From positions 1-64,000 of the IMG/VR virus record IMGVR_UViG_3300038722_000002: 64,000 nucleotides of DNA. The stretch is one strand, 5' to 3'. This DNA is from a virus. Below the pieces are notes generated by a model. It made no database searches. It was not told where the DNA came from and saw only the letters and a program-made list of their open reading frames with translations. Within the stretch, counting starts at the first letter, position 1. Every line of letters begins with the position of its first letter. This document shows positions 39,341 through 47,572 of this stretch, piece after piece. A program made the translations under genes and the position numbers.

Positions 39341-39928
39341 CTACTTCACGTCTGCCTTGGCTTTAGCCTTGGAAGCAGATTTGAAATCTAAGTTCTTATG
39401 TAATTGTTTATCTGTAAGAGGAGCTTTAGGCTTCATCTTCTTACCAGCAAAACTAGCTAGGCTCAACACGGGAGCTGATTGAGTATCACTGGTCTTCTTA
39501 TTTTCCAACTCCTTCTCTTTCTGGTCTATCTTAGCCAGTGTGTTAGAGTTGAAGAATCTGACTACTTCGAGTTTTGAAGTCTCTTTAACTTCTTTACTGT
39601 TGAGGAACCAGACCAGTGTATCAAGCGCCTCTGCCGAGTGGCGTAGAATCTTCGCTTTATACGCATCAGGAGCCTCCACCTTGCCCTCTAGGATCTTTCT
39701 ATGTGTCTCTAGTAGTTGTATAGCTATTTTACGCTTAGCTGACTCTGAGCCTTTCCTGAGCAACGTCACCATGACATCAGCAGCCTTTAGGCTATACTTG
39801 TCCGTCACAGCGTCCCAGTTGTTAATAGCCCTACTCTTGTTCTTTGAACCTTTCTTACGTCCCGCTGAGATACGGGGGTCTCCTTTTACAAAGCGTCCAT
39901 TGTTAGGAGCTTTCTTCTTAGTCATCAT
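39341..39928 (-). CDS. Putative terminase small subunit
   Basis: GRFVKGDPRISAGRKKGSKNK (DUF5681-like) N-terminus; upstream of terL. Confidence 0.7.
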   Translation of the reverse strand: MMTKKKAPNNGRFVKGDPRISAGRKKGSKNKSRAINNWDAVTDKYSLKAADVMVTLLRKGSESAKRKIAIQLLETHRKILEGKVEAPDAYKAKILRHSAEALDTLVWFLNSKEVKETSKLEVVRFFNSNTLAKIDQKEKELENKKTSDTQSAPVLSLASFAGKKMKPKAPLTDKQLHKNLDFKSASKAKAKADVK

Positions 39929-39943
39929 TGCTCCTATTAGGAT

Positions 39944-40099
39944 CTACTCTTCTGAATCTAAGTTAATATCATCAGGAAATTCTTCTGCACCCAAGACAGC
40001 GATATGACATTCTTCACAAACTTCGTCGTCTATCTGGACAACTTGCTTAAATGGTAATCTAATATCCAAGGAGCATTCACGACAATGTTTGTGTGACAT
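39944..40099 (-). CDS. Small Zn-finger protein (51 aa)
   Basis: GAGGTG RBS; MSHKHCREC...VCEECH... Confidence 0.65.
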   Translation of the reverse strand: MSHKHCRECSLDIRLPFKQVVQIDDEVCEECHIAVLGAEEFPDDINLDSEE

Positions 40100-40134
40100 T
40101 ATCACCTCTGTGAGTGTTAGTTGTTATTTAGGGG

Positions 40135-40163
40135 TTGACACGTCCGAAAGGACATGAGATACT
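40135..40163 (+). promoter_or_regulatory. Possible sigma70 promoter with a palindromic spacer
   Basis: TTGACA-17 bp (containing GTCC-GAAA-GGAC)-GATACT. Confidence 0.4.
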
Positions 40164-40203
40164 TCTGTTTACTGGGGAGTTTATTTCCTCCCTCTATAAT
40201 ATG

Positions 40204-40235
40204 TATTCTGCTACTAACTTTTGCCATTTGTCAAG
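40204..40235 (-). promoter_or_regulatory. Promoter facing the late operon (twin of 40572-40603)
   Basis: CTTGACAAAT-N8-TTAGTAGCAGAATA on the - strand. Confidence 0.65.
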
Positions 40236-40271
40236 TAATTTTTAACATTTTTTACAAAAAAAGGGAAATTA

Positions 40272-40583
40272 ATGAAAAATATGAAGAATTTACCTCCTAT
40301 TCCACATGAATCTGAGGTCAAACAGGCGTTTTATGGACACATCCAAGAGACTCTATCCAGTGGGTCGTTGAATATTCCTGATGTTGGACTGCAAGAAATC
40401 ACATCATTTAGCGGAGGACACATCGGTTATAACAGCCCTATTAGCATCCTAAAGAGTGAAAATACAGACCTTCTCCTCTATTCTGTCGGGGGTATCGGCA
40501 CACTAGATGTCTATAATAACTACTCTGAAAGGCAAGAAATGAATGTATTTGTCCGTAAAGCTAAGAAAGTGCTTGACAAATAG
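40272..40583 (+). CDS. Hypothetical protein
   Basis: 103-aa ORF between the twin promoters. Confidence 0.6.
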   Translation: MKNMKNLPPIPHESEVKQAFYGHIQETLSSGSLNIPDVGLQEITSFSGGHIGYNSPISILKSENTDLLLYSVGGIGTLDVYNNYSERQEMNVFVRKAKKVLDK

Positions 40584-40603
40584 ATTAAATTAGTAGCAGA
40601 ATA
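40572..40603 (+). promoter_or_regulatory. Promoter upstream of the structured RNA / HNH locus (twin of 40204-40235)
   Basis: CTTGACAAAT-N8-TTAGTAGCAGAATA. Confidence 0.65.
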
Positions 40604-40609
40604 GGAATT

Positions 40610-41160
40610 AGAGTAATACAGAAGGTGTGGTTGTAAGACTACACCTGTACAAAATACATCACAATATACATTCCACCTGAGTGTGTATTCTAATGTATTT
40701 ATACATAGAGGCGTTTCGGCAAGGTTTCCCTCGCGTGGTAGCAAAAGCAAAACCCGACATATTGGTATATATGGAGCTGTAATGGATGACAGCGTTGAAG
40801 TGTAGTATCAAGAGTATACAATAACAAATCCTAGCTCTGACGTCCTCTGTCAACTGGGTAGGTGGAAATGGAACAAGGCCCGATCACTAAACATACCGAA
40901 TACCCTAAGATAGTCGTAGGTATGTTTACTCACTAGGGTTAAGTAGTGGGAGAATGCGTGTACCAAGGGGCAGGTCACGATAACGCAGAACCGATGACGT
41001 TATAGAGTAAACTCTTTATTTGGAATAAGTAATAATGAAAGTGACCAGTTAGGTCATATTACTTATATTGTACTTTACTAGGTACAATGGTTATATCTTT
41101 CAAGCAGTTATATATTATTAGAATATAATTGTTAGGATAGACCACCGAATAGAGAGGGCC
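40610..41160 (+). ncRNA. Candidate large structured ncRNA (~550 nt) upstream of an HNH gene
   Basis: About ten consecutive hairpins whose non-WC pairs are G-U on the + strand; no credible ORF; promoter directly upstream. Confidence 0.6.
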
Positions 41161-41193
41161 TAGTTGCATCTGAAACTTGAGAATGGAGAGAAT

Positions 41194-41997
41194 ATGGGTG
41201 ATTTACTACTGAAATTTAATGTACTAAAAGAGATAGAAGGGAGTGATGAAAACTCCTTCCAGCAGTTCGCTAATGATATGGCTTTGAAATACGGTATATT
41301 AGGAACTACTAATACAGTGATAGATTCGCTGTGGACTAAGAAGCGGCTGAACGTGAAAGACTACTTGCCTCCTAAGAAGAAGAAACGTAAGAAGCAGGAG
41401 AGACGTGGCTACCACTACAGTCCTAACGCAGACCTAGAGTGGTTATCCTTGAGACGTGATGTGATTAAGGTATTAGGAACTCGGTGTCTTTGCTGTAGAA
41501 AGAAACCAAAGAAGACTAAAGACCTACACGTTGACCACGTTCTACCAAGGAGTAGACATCCACACCTAACGTATGACATAATGAACCTTCAAGTGTTGTG
41601 TAAGACGTGTAACTACGATAAGTCAGATATACACGCAACGGATTACAGGACAGACGAACAACGAGAGAGGTTATTGATTATGAAGGGTGTTAGAGGTAAT
41701 TGTGTTGTGAGTGAGGATATGGTAGATGATGTGTATGATGTACTAGGGGATATCCCCACTGAATACCTACAGGAGCTACACAGCTTACTTGAGAAGACGA
41801 AGAACAGTAAAGTAATGCTAGAGGTAGAGAATGATAAACTATGCTCTGTAGTGTACCTGATAAGCTCTAAGGGCAGACATGTCGCCCACTGTAGTAAGAA
41901 TAAGATAGTTGTCCGTGAGTATCGCAACTGGAGCAACGACAACCGAGAGTTTAAGAATATAACCAAGGAGTTGTTGATTAAATGCAGGAAAGATTAG
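41194..41997 (+). CDS. HNH endonuclease (McrA/HNH_5-like) with Lys-rich N-terminal segment and C-terminal extension
   Basis: W..LR..V...CLCC...LHVDHVLPRS...NLQVLCKTCN..KS; likely ATG at 41194 after GGAG (ORF track start 41164). Confidence 0.85.
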   Translation: MGDLLLKFNVLKEIEGSDENSFQQFANDMALKYGILGTTNTVIDSLWTKKRLNVKDYLPPKKKKRKKQERRGYHYSPNADLEWLSLRRDVIKVLGTRCLCCRKKPKKTKDLHVDHVLPRSRHPHLTYDIMNLQVLCKTCNYDKSDIHATDYRTDEQRERLLIMKGVRGNCVVSEDMVDDVYDVLGDIPTEYLQELHSLLEKTKNSKVMLEVENDKLCSVVYLISSKGRHVAHCSKNKIVVREYRNWSNDNREFKNITKELLIKCRKD

Positions 41998-42200
41998 AAG
42001 AGTTTATAAATAAGTTAAAAGAAAGGTTGACGGCAGAATGGGGAGACACTATAATCGTCACCAAGATACAGGCAAGAGGATATGGCCCTACAATGAATGT
42101 GATACAAATTAAGAATAAAGGACTTGCAGAAACATACGGAGTGTGGGAGACTAGAACAACTGGAGGGGGTAGCTTAGTGCAGTGGTGCTACTTCACATAA
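41982..42200 (+). CDS. Hypothetical protein
   Basis: 72-aa ORF with AAGGAG RBS. Confidence 0.65.
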   Translation: MQERLEEFINKLKERLTAEWGDTIIVTKIQARGYGPTMNVIQIKNKGLAETYGVWETRTTGGGSLVQWCYFT

Positions 42201-42207
42201 GATTAAC

Positions 42208-42246
42208 GGGTAGCTAGGAATTTGGAGGTTAAAATCCTCCCTGCCC
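42208..42246 (+). ncRNA. tRNA remnant or minihelix (acceptor stem plus T arm only)
   Basis: GGGTAG...CTGCCC stem enclosing GGAGG-TTAAAAT-CCTCC. Confidence 0.4.
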
Positions 42247-42450
42247 TAACCTACGAGCTGTGTGACTACAGCTAGTACAGCCCTGTACGATGAGAAGTAA
42301 GTTGTGGTGACTTGCATGGGAGGCCGCGTAAGGTGGGCTGAAAACACCTCAGTCTTGTACAATGACTTAAAACTTAGGGGTGGAGCTTCGGTGTAGAAAT
42401 CTTTGAGAGGTGTATCCAGTTGCTAGTCTGGTTAAAATTAGCACGAATTA

Positions 42451-42571
42451 CGGGGTGTAGCTTAAAAGGTAGAGCAGTTGGGCCAGCCGCCGCTAACTAG
42501 TATCGCGCAAAGGCGTTGACTAGTATCGGAAAGGGCGCTAATCAGTACGGTCTCGATAACCGTCACCCCGT
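42451..42571 (+). ncRNA. tRNA-like RNA with a long hairpin replacing the anticodon loop
   Basis: Acceptor CGGGGTG/CACCCCG, U8A9, D arm GCTT-AAAAGGTA-GAGC, anticodon stem GTTGG/CTAAT, T arm ACGGT-CTCGATA-ACCGT. Confidence 0.65.
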
Positions 42572-42590
42572 CTTAGTTAAGGAGAGATGT

Positions 42591-42866
42591 GTGTATTTTA
42601 AAAAGAAACCAGACAGGCGTGTAGGGGATCTGTATTGGGAACAGTTATCTATGTGGGATAGATCACCTACTGATGCAGTTGACATGTACAGCGAAGATGG
42701 GTTTCACTTCGAGCTTAGGTTAATTACAGAGGTGAGGAGTGCTACGGGTTGGAGTAATAGGTTTGTGATGTGGGATGAGTTAACATCTGAGCAGATAGAG
42801 GGGCTTGTACCTCAAGAAGGACACAACTGGTCACGGATAATGGGGAACGTAGAGGACTTTAGTTAA
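42591..42866 (+). CDS. Hypothetical protein
   Basis: GTG start after AAGGAG; the longer track ORF (42516) overlaps the tRNA-like element. Confidence 0.65.
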   Translation: MYFKKKPDRRVGDLYWEQLSMWDRSPTDAVDMYSEDGFHFELRLITEVRSATGWSNRFVMWDELTSEQIEGLVPQEGHNWSRIMGNVEDFS

Positions 42867-43091
42867 ATGACAAAACTGATAAAACCACACGAGGCGTGGA
42901 AAGAGGTTGTCCACACCGCTAGGGATAATATCGATAACCTTAACGACTTCAAGGAAGATACAGCAATCGTATGGGCTGACAAGGAGTTGCAGAACTATAA
43001 GAGGGCTATGATGGCCTTGGCTACAAGGAGTAACTCACAGGATGATCTATCCTTGATAGACACAATGGTAAGACGGGCGGAGGCACAATGA
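42867..43091 (+). CDS. Hypothetical protein
   Basis: 74-aa ORF within the operon. Confidence 0.65.
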   Translation: MTKLIKPHEAWKEVVHTARDNIDNLNDFKEDTAIVWADKELQNYKRAMMALATRSNSQDDLSLIDTMVRRAEAQ

Positions 43092-43264
43092 GCGCACTAA
43101 GAACTAAAGAAGTAGTCCCCCTAGTAGAAGAAGCTCACAACCGAGGACTATCACTATCAAGGTCTAATGACCTAGATACACATTCCTACTTACTAATTGG
43201 ACTCTTTGAAATAATCTCTGAGATGAGGGATGAGATCGATTTACTACAGGAGAAATCAAAATGA
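43088..43264 (+). CDS. Small hypothetical protein (58 aa)
   Basis: GGAGG RBS; ATGA overlaps at both ends. Confidence 0.6.
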   Translation: MSALRTKEVVPLVEEAHNRGLSLSRSNDLDTHSYLLIGLFEIISEMRDEIDLLQEKSK

Positions 43265-43455
43265 CATATTTCACAATGAGCACATTCAGATCGAAGGAAG
43301 ACCTGTACAAAGCCAAGGCAGAGTACCTAGAGAGCGCCCTCAAGCAGATCGTTGATGCACACCAGCTTGATGACTCCGTGTGGAAGGAGGATGATTTGTG
43401 GTGTACTGATCAATCGGAAGGGGAGTATCCCTTAGTGTGGGGTGAGTTGAAATGA
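43261..43455 (+). CDS. Hypothetical protein
   Basis: 64-aa ORF with AGGAG RBS. Confidence 0.65.
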   Translation: MTYFTMSTFRSKEDLYKAKAEYLESALKQIVDAHQLDDSVWKEDDLWCTDQSEGEYPLVWGELK

Positions 43456-43598
43456 GTAGTGACAATACACATAAGGTGCTTGCAAGAGAGACACCAACTA
43501 TGTATAATGACCCCTTGGGTTGTTTAACTAAATGACGGCAAAGTAAAAAGTTTCCGAGGCTTCCCTCTTTGCCAGAAGACTACACATAAGGAGAACAA

Positions 43599-43754
43599 AT
43601 GATATCAGAAGTAACAATCTCAACTGAGAAACTAGAATATTTATATCAACGAGATCAATTACTATCAGCACTAGAAGCAGCAGGTGTAGATAATTGGGAA
43701 GGATATGACTGTGTAATAGAATCACTACTACAACAATGGAGAGAAGAAGTTTGA
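43599..43754 (+). CDS. Small acidic protein resembling the T3-type gp5.9 family (annotated RecBCD inhibitors)
   Basis: MISEVTISTEKLEYLYQRDQLLSALEAAGVDNWEGYDCVIESLLQQWREEV*; AAGGAG RBS. Confidence 0.6.
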   Translation: MISEVTISTEKLEYLYQRDQLLSALEAAGVDNWEGYDCVIESLLQQWREEV

Positions 43755-43771
43755 TTGAAGAACAACAAGAT

Positions 43772-44026
43772 ATGTTTAAGAAAGAAGTAACAGTGTTCAC
43801 AAGTGGTTGGTGTACTAACTGTAAGCCCGTCAAGCACTATCTAAGCCTCTTAGAACAAGAAGGGGTGGTAAGTGTAGAGTATGCCGATGTAGACGCTCTA
43901 ACGGCCTCTCAGCAGTCTCTAAAAGAACAACACAATATACTGAGTATTCCAGTAGTCGTCTATGGAGATAAGACACTGATTGGAAGTAAGACTAAGCAAG
44001 AGATTATGACTTTTCTGGAGGTTTAA
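43772..44026 (+). CDS. Glutaredoxin/thioredoxin (NrdH-like)
   Basis: WCTNC redox motif and SIPVV; immediately upstream of nrdA. Confidence 0.85.
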   Translation: MFKKEVTVFTSGWCTNCKPVKHYLSLLEQEGVVSVEYADVDALTASQQSLKEQHNILSIPVVVYGDKTLIGSKTKQEIMTFLEV

Positions 44027-45819
44027 TGACTATAGAAGAATATAACGGTATCACTATTGATTATTCAAGAGATGCCGACCTTCCCGAACAAGGCAAGGTG
44101 ATGTTGACAAAGAAAGGGTTTTACAAGAAAGACTATGAGGACTCCCCACAACAGGGATTCGCCAGAGCAGCTAACTGTTTCAGCTTCGGGGATAAAGCAT
44201 TTGCACAACGAATGTACGATTACATGAGTAAGTTGTGGTTTACCAACGCTAGTCCCGTACTATCTAACGCAATAGACTTCACATGGCCTGAGAATCTAAG
44301 CTTTGACGAGGCTGCTGAGTGGTTGGAAGGTAATATTACACCTGATGGACTACCTATCTCCTGCTTCCTTCCAGATATTCCTGACACTAAGGAGGGGCTT
44401 GTATCGACGGCAGCGGAGGTTAAGTGGTTATCTATGATGGGTGGTGGTGTAGGTGTGTATGCAGGAATGCGCTCACCTGACGAGAAGTCCACTGGTGTAA
44501 TGGCACACATGAAAGAATATGATGCTATCGCCTTAGCCTATAAGCAGACTGAATCACGGCGGGGGAGTATCGCAGCATATTTAGATATAGATCATCCTGA
44601 GATCATATCCTTCCTAGAGATGCGTAATCCTGTAGGAGGGGAGATTAATAAGAAATGCTTCAACCTTAACAATGGTGTCAATATTCCAGACTCCTTCATG
44701 GAAGCCGTAATAGCAGGAGATACTTACCCACTTATTGATCCTAAACATGGGGACACAGGTCGTGAGTTAGATGCGCGTGAAGTATGGGAGAAGCTGCTGG
44801 AGCTGCGTAAGGAGACAGGTGAGCCGTATATCATGTGGAAGGATACAGTTAACCGTATGCTACCTGAGTGGATCACACGTCCTTTGTATAAGGTTAAGCA
44901 AAGTAATTTATGTAGTGAAATAACCTTAATGACATCTAAGAAGCGAACAGCGGTATGTTGCCTTAGTTCTCTGAATCTTGAGAAATATGAAGAGTGGAAA
45001 GACACAACTATCGTGGAAGACTTGATTCGTTACTTAGATAATGTTTTAGAGTATTTTATCCGCTTGGCACCACCTGAACTACATAGGGCTGTGAACTCAG
45101 CTAAGAAAGAGAGAGCTATAGGACTAGGTACACTAGGGTTTCATGCTTATTTACAAAGCAAGATGATCTCGTATCAGTCGGGTGGATTGAACAGTGCATC
45201 GCATGAGAATCACAGGTTATTTAACCTTATCAAGACGCGAGCAATTGCAGGGTCTAGGCAGTTAGCCAAGGAACGCGGAGAGGCAAGGGACGTAGAGGGT
45301 TCAGGTATGCGTAATAGTCATCTATTAGCCGTAGCACCTAACGCAAGCTCTAGTAGTATTGCAGGGACAAGTCCGAGTATCGAGCTATGGTCAGCCAACG
45401 CATTTAATGCTCAAGGACGTGCGGGTAGTTTCCTGATCAAGAATAAGTATCTTGAAAAATACCTAGAAGGTGTAGGTAAGAACACCAAGGAGGTATGGAG
45501 TAGCATTATCGCCAATGAAGGAAGTGTGTACCACTTAGATTTCATCCCAGATGATGTTAAAGAAGTGTTTGCTACGTCCAAAGAAGTTGATCCTATGTGG
45601 GTTATCGAACACGCAGGTATACGGGCACCATTAGTATGCCAAGCTGTTAGTAATAATTTAACGGTGCCTTCTAATATCACCAAACAACGGATGTCGGACA
45701 TCCATATGAAGGCTTGGCGTAAAGGGGTTAAGACGTTATATTATTGCCGTAGTGAAGAAGCAATGAAGGCTTCCGTAGGTAGTAGTTATGAAAGTGAATG
45801 TTTAAGTTGTGAAGGGTAA
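44026..45819 (+). CDS. nrdA: Ribonucleotide reductase class I alpha subunit (no ATP cone)
   Basis: PISCF, SNLCSEI, VCCLSS, APNASS, KTLYY and C-terminal CLSCEG. Confidence 0.95.
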   Translation: MTIEEYNGITIDYSRDADLPEQGKVMLTKKGFYKKDYEDSPQQGFARAANCFSFGDKAFAQRMYDYMSKLWFTNASPVLSNAIDFTWPENLSFDEAAEWLEGNITPDGLPISCFLPDIPDTKEGLVSTAAEVKWLSMMGGGVGVYAGMRSPDEKSTGVMAHMKEYDAIALAYKQTESRRGSIAAYLDIDHPEIISFLEMRNPVGGEINKKCFNLNNGVNIPDSFMEAVIAGDTYPLIDPKHGDTGRELDAREVWEKLLELRKETGEPYIMWKDTVNRMLPEWITRPLYKVKQSNLCSEITLMTSKKRTAVCCLSSLNLEKYEEWKDTTIVEDLIRYLDNVLEYFIRLAPPELHRAVNSAKKERAIGLGTLGFHAYLQSKMISYQSGGLNSASHENHRLFNLIKTRAIAGSRQLAKERGEARDVEGSGMRNSHLLAVAPNASSSSIAGTSPSIELWSANAFNAQGRAGSFLIKNKYLEKYLEGVGKNTKEVWSSIIANEGSVYHLDFIPDDVKEVFATSKEVDPMWVIEHAGIRAPLVCQAVSNNLTVPSNITKQRMSDIHMKAWRKGVKTLYYCRSEEAMKASVGSSYESECLSCEG

Positions 45820-45829
45820 GGAGAATTAA

Positions 45830-46840
45830 TTGTCAGTATTTGAAAGATCGAAGGCGTATAAGCCTTTTAAATTCCCTAAGTTGGTTGAAGAGGAGAAGAA
45901 GCATAGGATTGATATGTATTGGCATGAGAATCAGACAGACTTATCTGATGATTTACGTCAATATCACAGCAAAGAGGGTTTGAAGACGGAGAATGTCAGC
46001 CATGAGCGACACAAACTCCTACTAGAAAAACTACTCCCCTTGTTTACAGCATCCGATACAAGCGTCTCGGAGGGGTATGCAAAACTACTACCTCACGCAA
46101 ATAATAATGAGATACGTGGGTTACTATTCACGCAAGGCGCAAGAGAGGTGACACATTATCGTGGGTACGCTCTAGCTAATGAGACTTTCGGGTTTCCTGA
46201 GTCTAGCTGGGAAGAGTTCCATGAGTACAAGGAGATGCAAGATAAAGTGGATCTCATGTTAGCCGACGTGGGGGATTTATCTAACAAGCTTAACTGGTGT
46301 AAGCAATTGGCGGTTGTATTACTAGGTGAAGGTATATCACTGTTTGGTAGCTTCTGTCCTCTCTTGAACCTGAAACGATCAGGGCTATGTGTAGGTTTTA
46401 ATGATATTAACCAGTGGAGCCTCATAGATGAAGCTCACCACATCAGTAATAATATCTACATTCTACGACAAGCATGGTTGGAGTTATCTAACGAGGAAAG
46501 AGATGAACTATGTACTTTCATTCTTGAATGTTCTCAAAGGTATGTTGATGCAGAACACCGTTTCATTGAGTTGATCTTTGAAGATGGGCCACTGGAAGAC
46601 TTAACTGAGGCGCAACTGAAAGGGTACATTACGTATTTAGGTAAGCATTGGTTACGTGAGCTAGGGTTGATCGGATCGTTGGATGTCCCTGAGAATACGA
46701 TTGAATGGATGGACTGGATGCTATCAGGTGTTAAGCATGATAACTTCTTTGAGAAGAAGGTTACATCCTACTCTCATAATGGACTACAAGGCGATGTCGA
46801 TTATACAAAGTATCTAGGAGATGAACTAAATGACTATTAA
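45830..46840 (+). CDS. nrdB: Ribonucleotide reductase class Ia beta subunit
   Basis: Metal ligands and radical Tyr present: D, EVTHYRGY, EGISLFGSF, DEAHH, NFFE. Confidence 0.92.
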   Translation: MSVFERSKAYKPFKFPKLVEEEKKHRIDMYWHENQTDLSDDLRQYHSKEGLKTENVSHERHKLLLEKLLPLFTASDTSVSEGYAKLLPHANNNEIRGLLFTQGAREVTHYRGYALANETFGFPESSWEEFHEYKEMQDKVDLMLADVGDLSNKLNWCKQLAVVLLGEGISLFGSFCPLLNLKRSGLCVGFNDINQWSLIDEAHHISNNIYILRQAWLELSNEERDELCTFILECSQRYVDAEHRFIELIFEDGPLEDLTEAQLKGYITYLGKHWLRELGLIGSLDVPENTIEWMDWMLSGVKHDNFFEKKVTSYSHNGLQGDVDYTKYLGDELNDY

Positions 46841-47075
46841 GATTACACAGAAAGGCTCTACTGTTTCCTTATCAGGAGACATTAAAGTTATGAAACAAGT
46901 GATAGCTGCTTCAAGTCACATTCAAGGTGATGTATTTAACGGGTGTGAGCTGCATTATGACGATCCACTACACCCTGATAATTGTTGCGGAACATTGGAG
47001 CAAATAATCTCAGATGTAGATGTGTCAGATAACAAAGTGGTTGTACATTGCGACTTTAAACCTACAGGGGAGTAA
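46830..47075 (+). CDS. Hypothetical protein
   Basis: 81-aa ORF with AGGAG RBS. Confidence 0.65.
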   Translation: MTIKITQKGSTVSLSGDIKVMKQVIAASSHIQGDVFNGCELHYDDPLHPDNCCGTLEQIISDVDVSDNKVVVHCDFKPTGE

Positions 47076-47084
47076 CGAACAAGG

Positions 47085-47561
47085 ATGACATATAAGTGCT
47101 TTAACTTTGAGATCGAAGAATTAGTAAGTCAAGCAACTTACAATTCATTTATTGACATGTTTGGTGTTGATATAGGGGAAGAGTTCATGTGGAGGTTGTT
47201 TGATGACAACTTCCTTGAAGCACTCGACGCCTTACGGGATAAATATGGCCCTATTACAATCAACGATTGGTGTTGGGGAGGAAGTTATGACCAATCAGGA
47301 CTAAGGACAACTTTCTCGCAGTATTACAGCAAAGGGAGTATGCACAGTTGGGCATGTGCTGTGGATATGAAGTTTGGTAATTTCACAGCACCAGACATAC
47401 AAAAACTATTAGAGGAGTTGACGGTAGACGATGAATATGGCGATATTATCCTTGAAGGTATTACAAGGGTGGAACGTGGCACACCTACATGGACTCATGT
47501 TGACAATAAAGATGTGTCTAAGGATACATTAGAAGAAGGTTTGTATTTCTTTAATCCATAA
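47085..47561 (+). CDS. Peptidase M15A-like Zn peptidase, candidate endolysin
   Basis: GLR...SMHSWACAVD...WTHVD. Confidence 0.8.
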   Translation: MTYKCFNFEIEELVSQATYNSFIDMFGVDIGEEFMWRLFDDNFLEALDALRDKYGPITINDWCWGGSYDQSGLRTTFSQYYSKGSMHSWACAVDMKFGNFTAPDIQKLLEELTVDDEYGDIILEGITRVERGTPTWTHVDNKDVSKDTLEEGLYFFNP

Positions 47562-47572
47562 GGAGAAGTAGT

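Noticed and set aside
40141-40154. GTCC-GAAA-GGAC hairpin resembling hammerhead stem II
   Set aside because: The flanking CUGAnGA and GAAA core nucleotides are absent
40610-41160. Group I intron interpretation (GACTA at ~40637 and TAGTC at ~40911 could form P7)
   Set aside because: No interrupted gene and no recognisable P/Q elements upstream; GACTA is already used in a local hairpin
41194-41997. Calling the HNH protein IscB or Cas9-like
   Set aside because: No PLMP or RuvC motifs are visible and the protein is too short
37340-45819. Inteins or introns in terL or nrdA
   Set aside because: Both are uninterrupted and of normal length, with no intein splice motifs
45830-46840. Atypical (metal-free or Mn) RNR beta subunit
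   Set aside because: All canonical class Ia ligands and the radical Tyr are present
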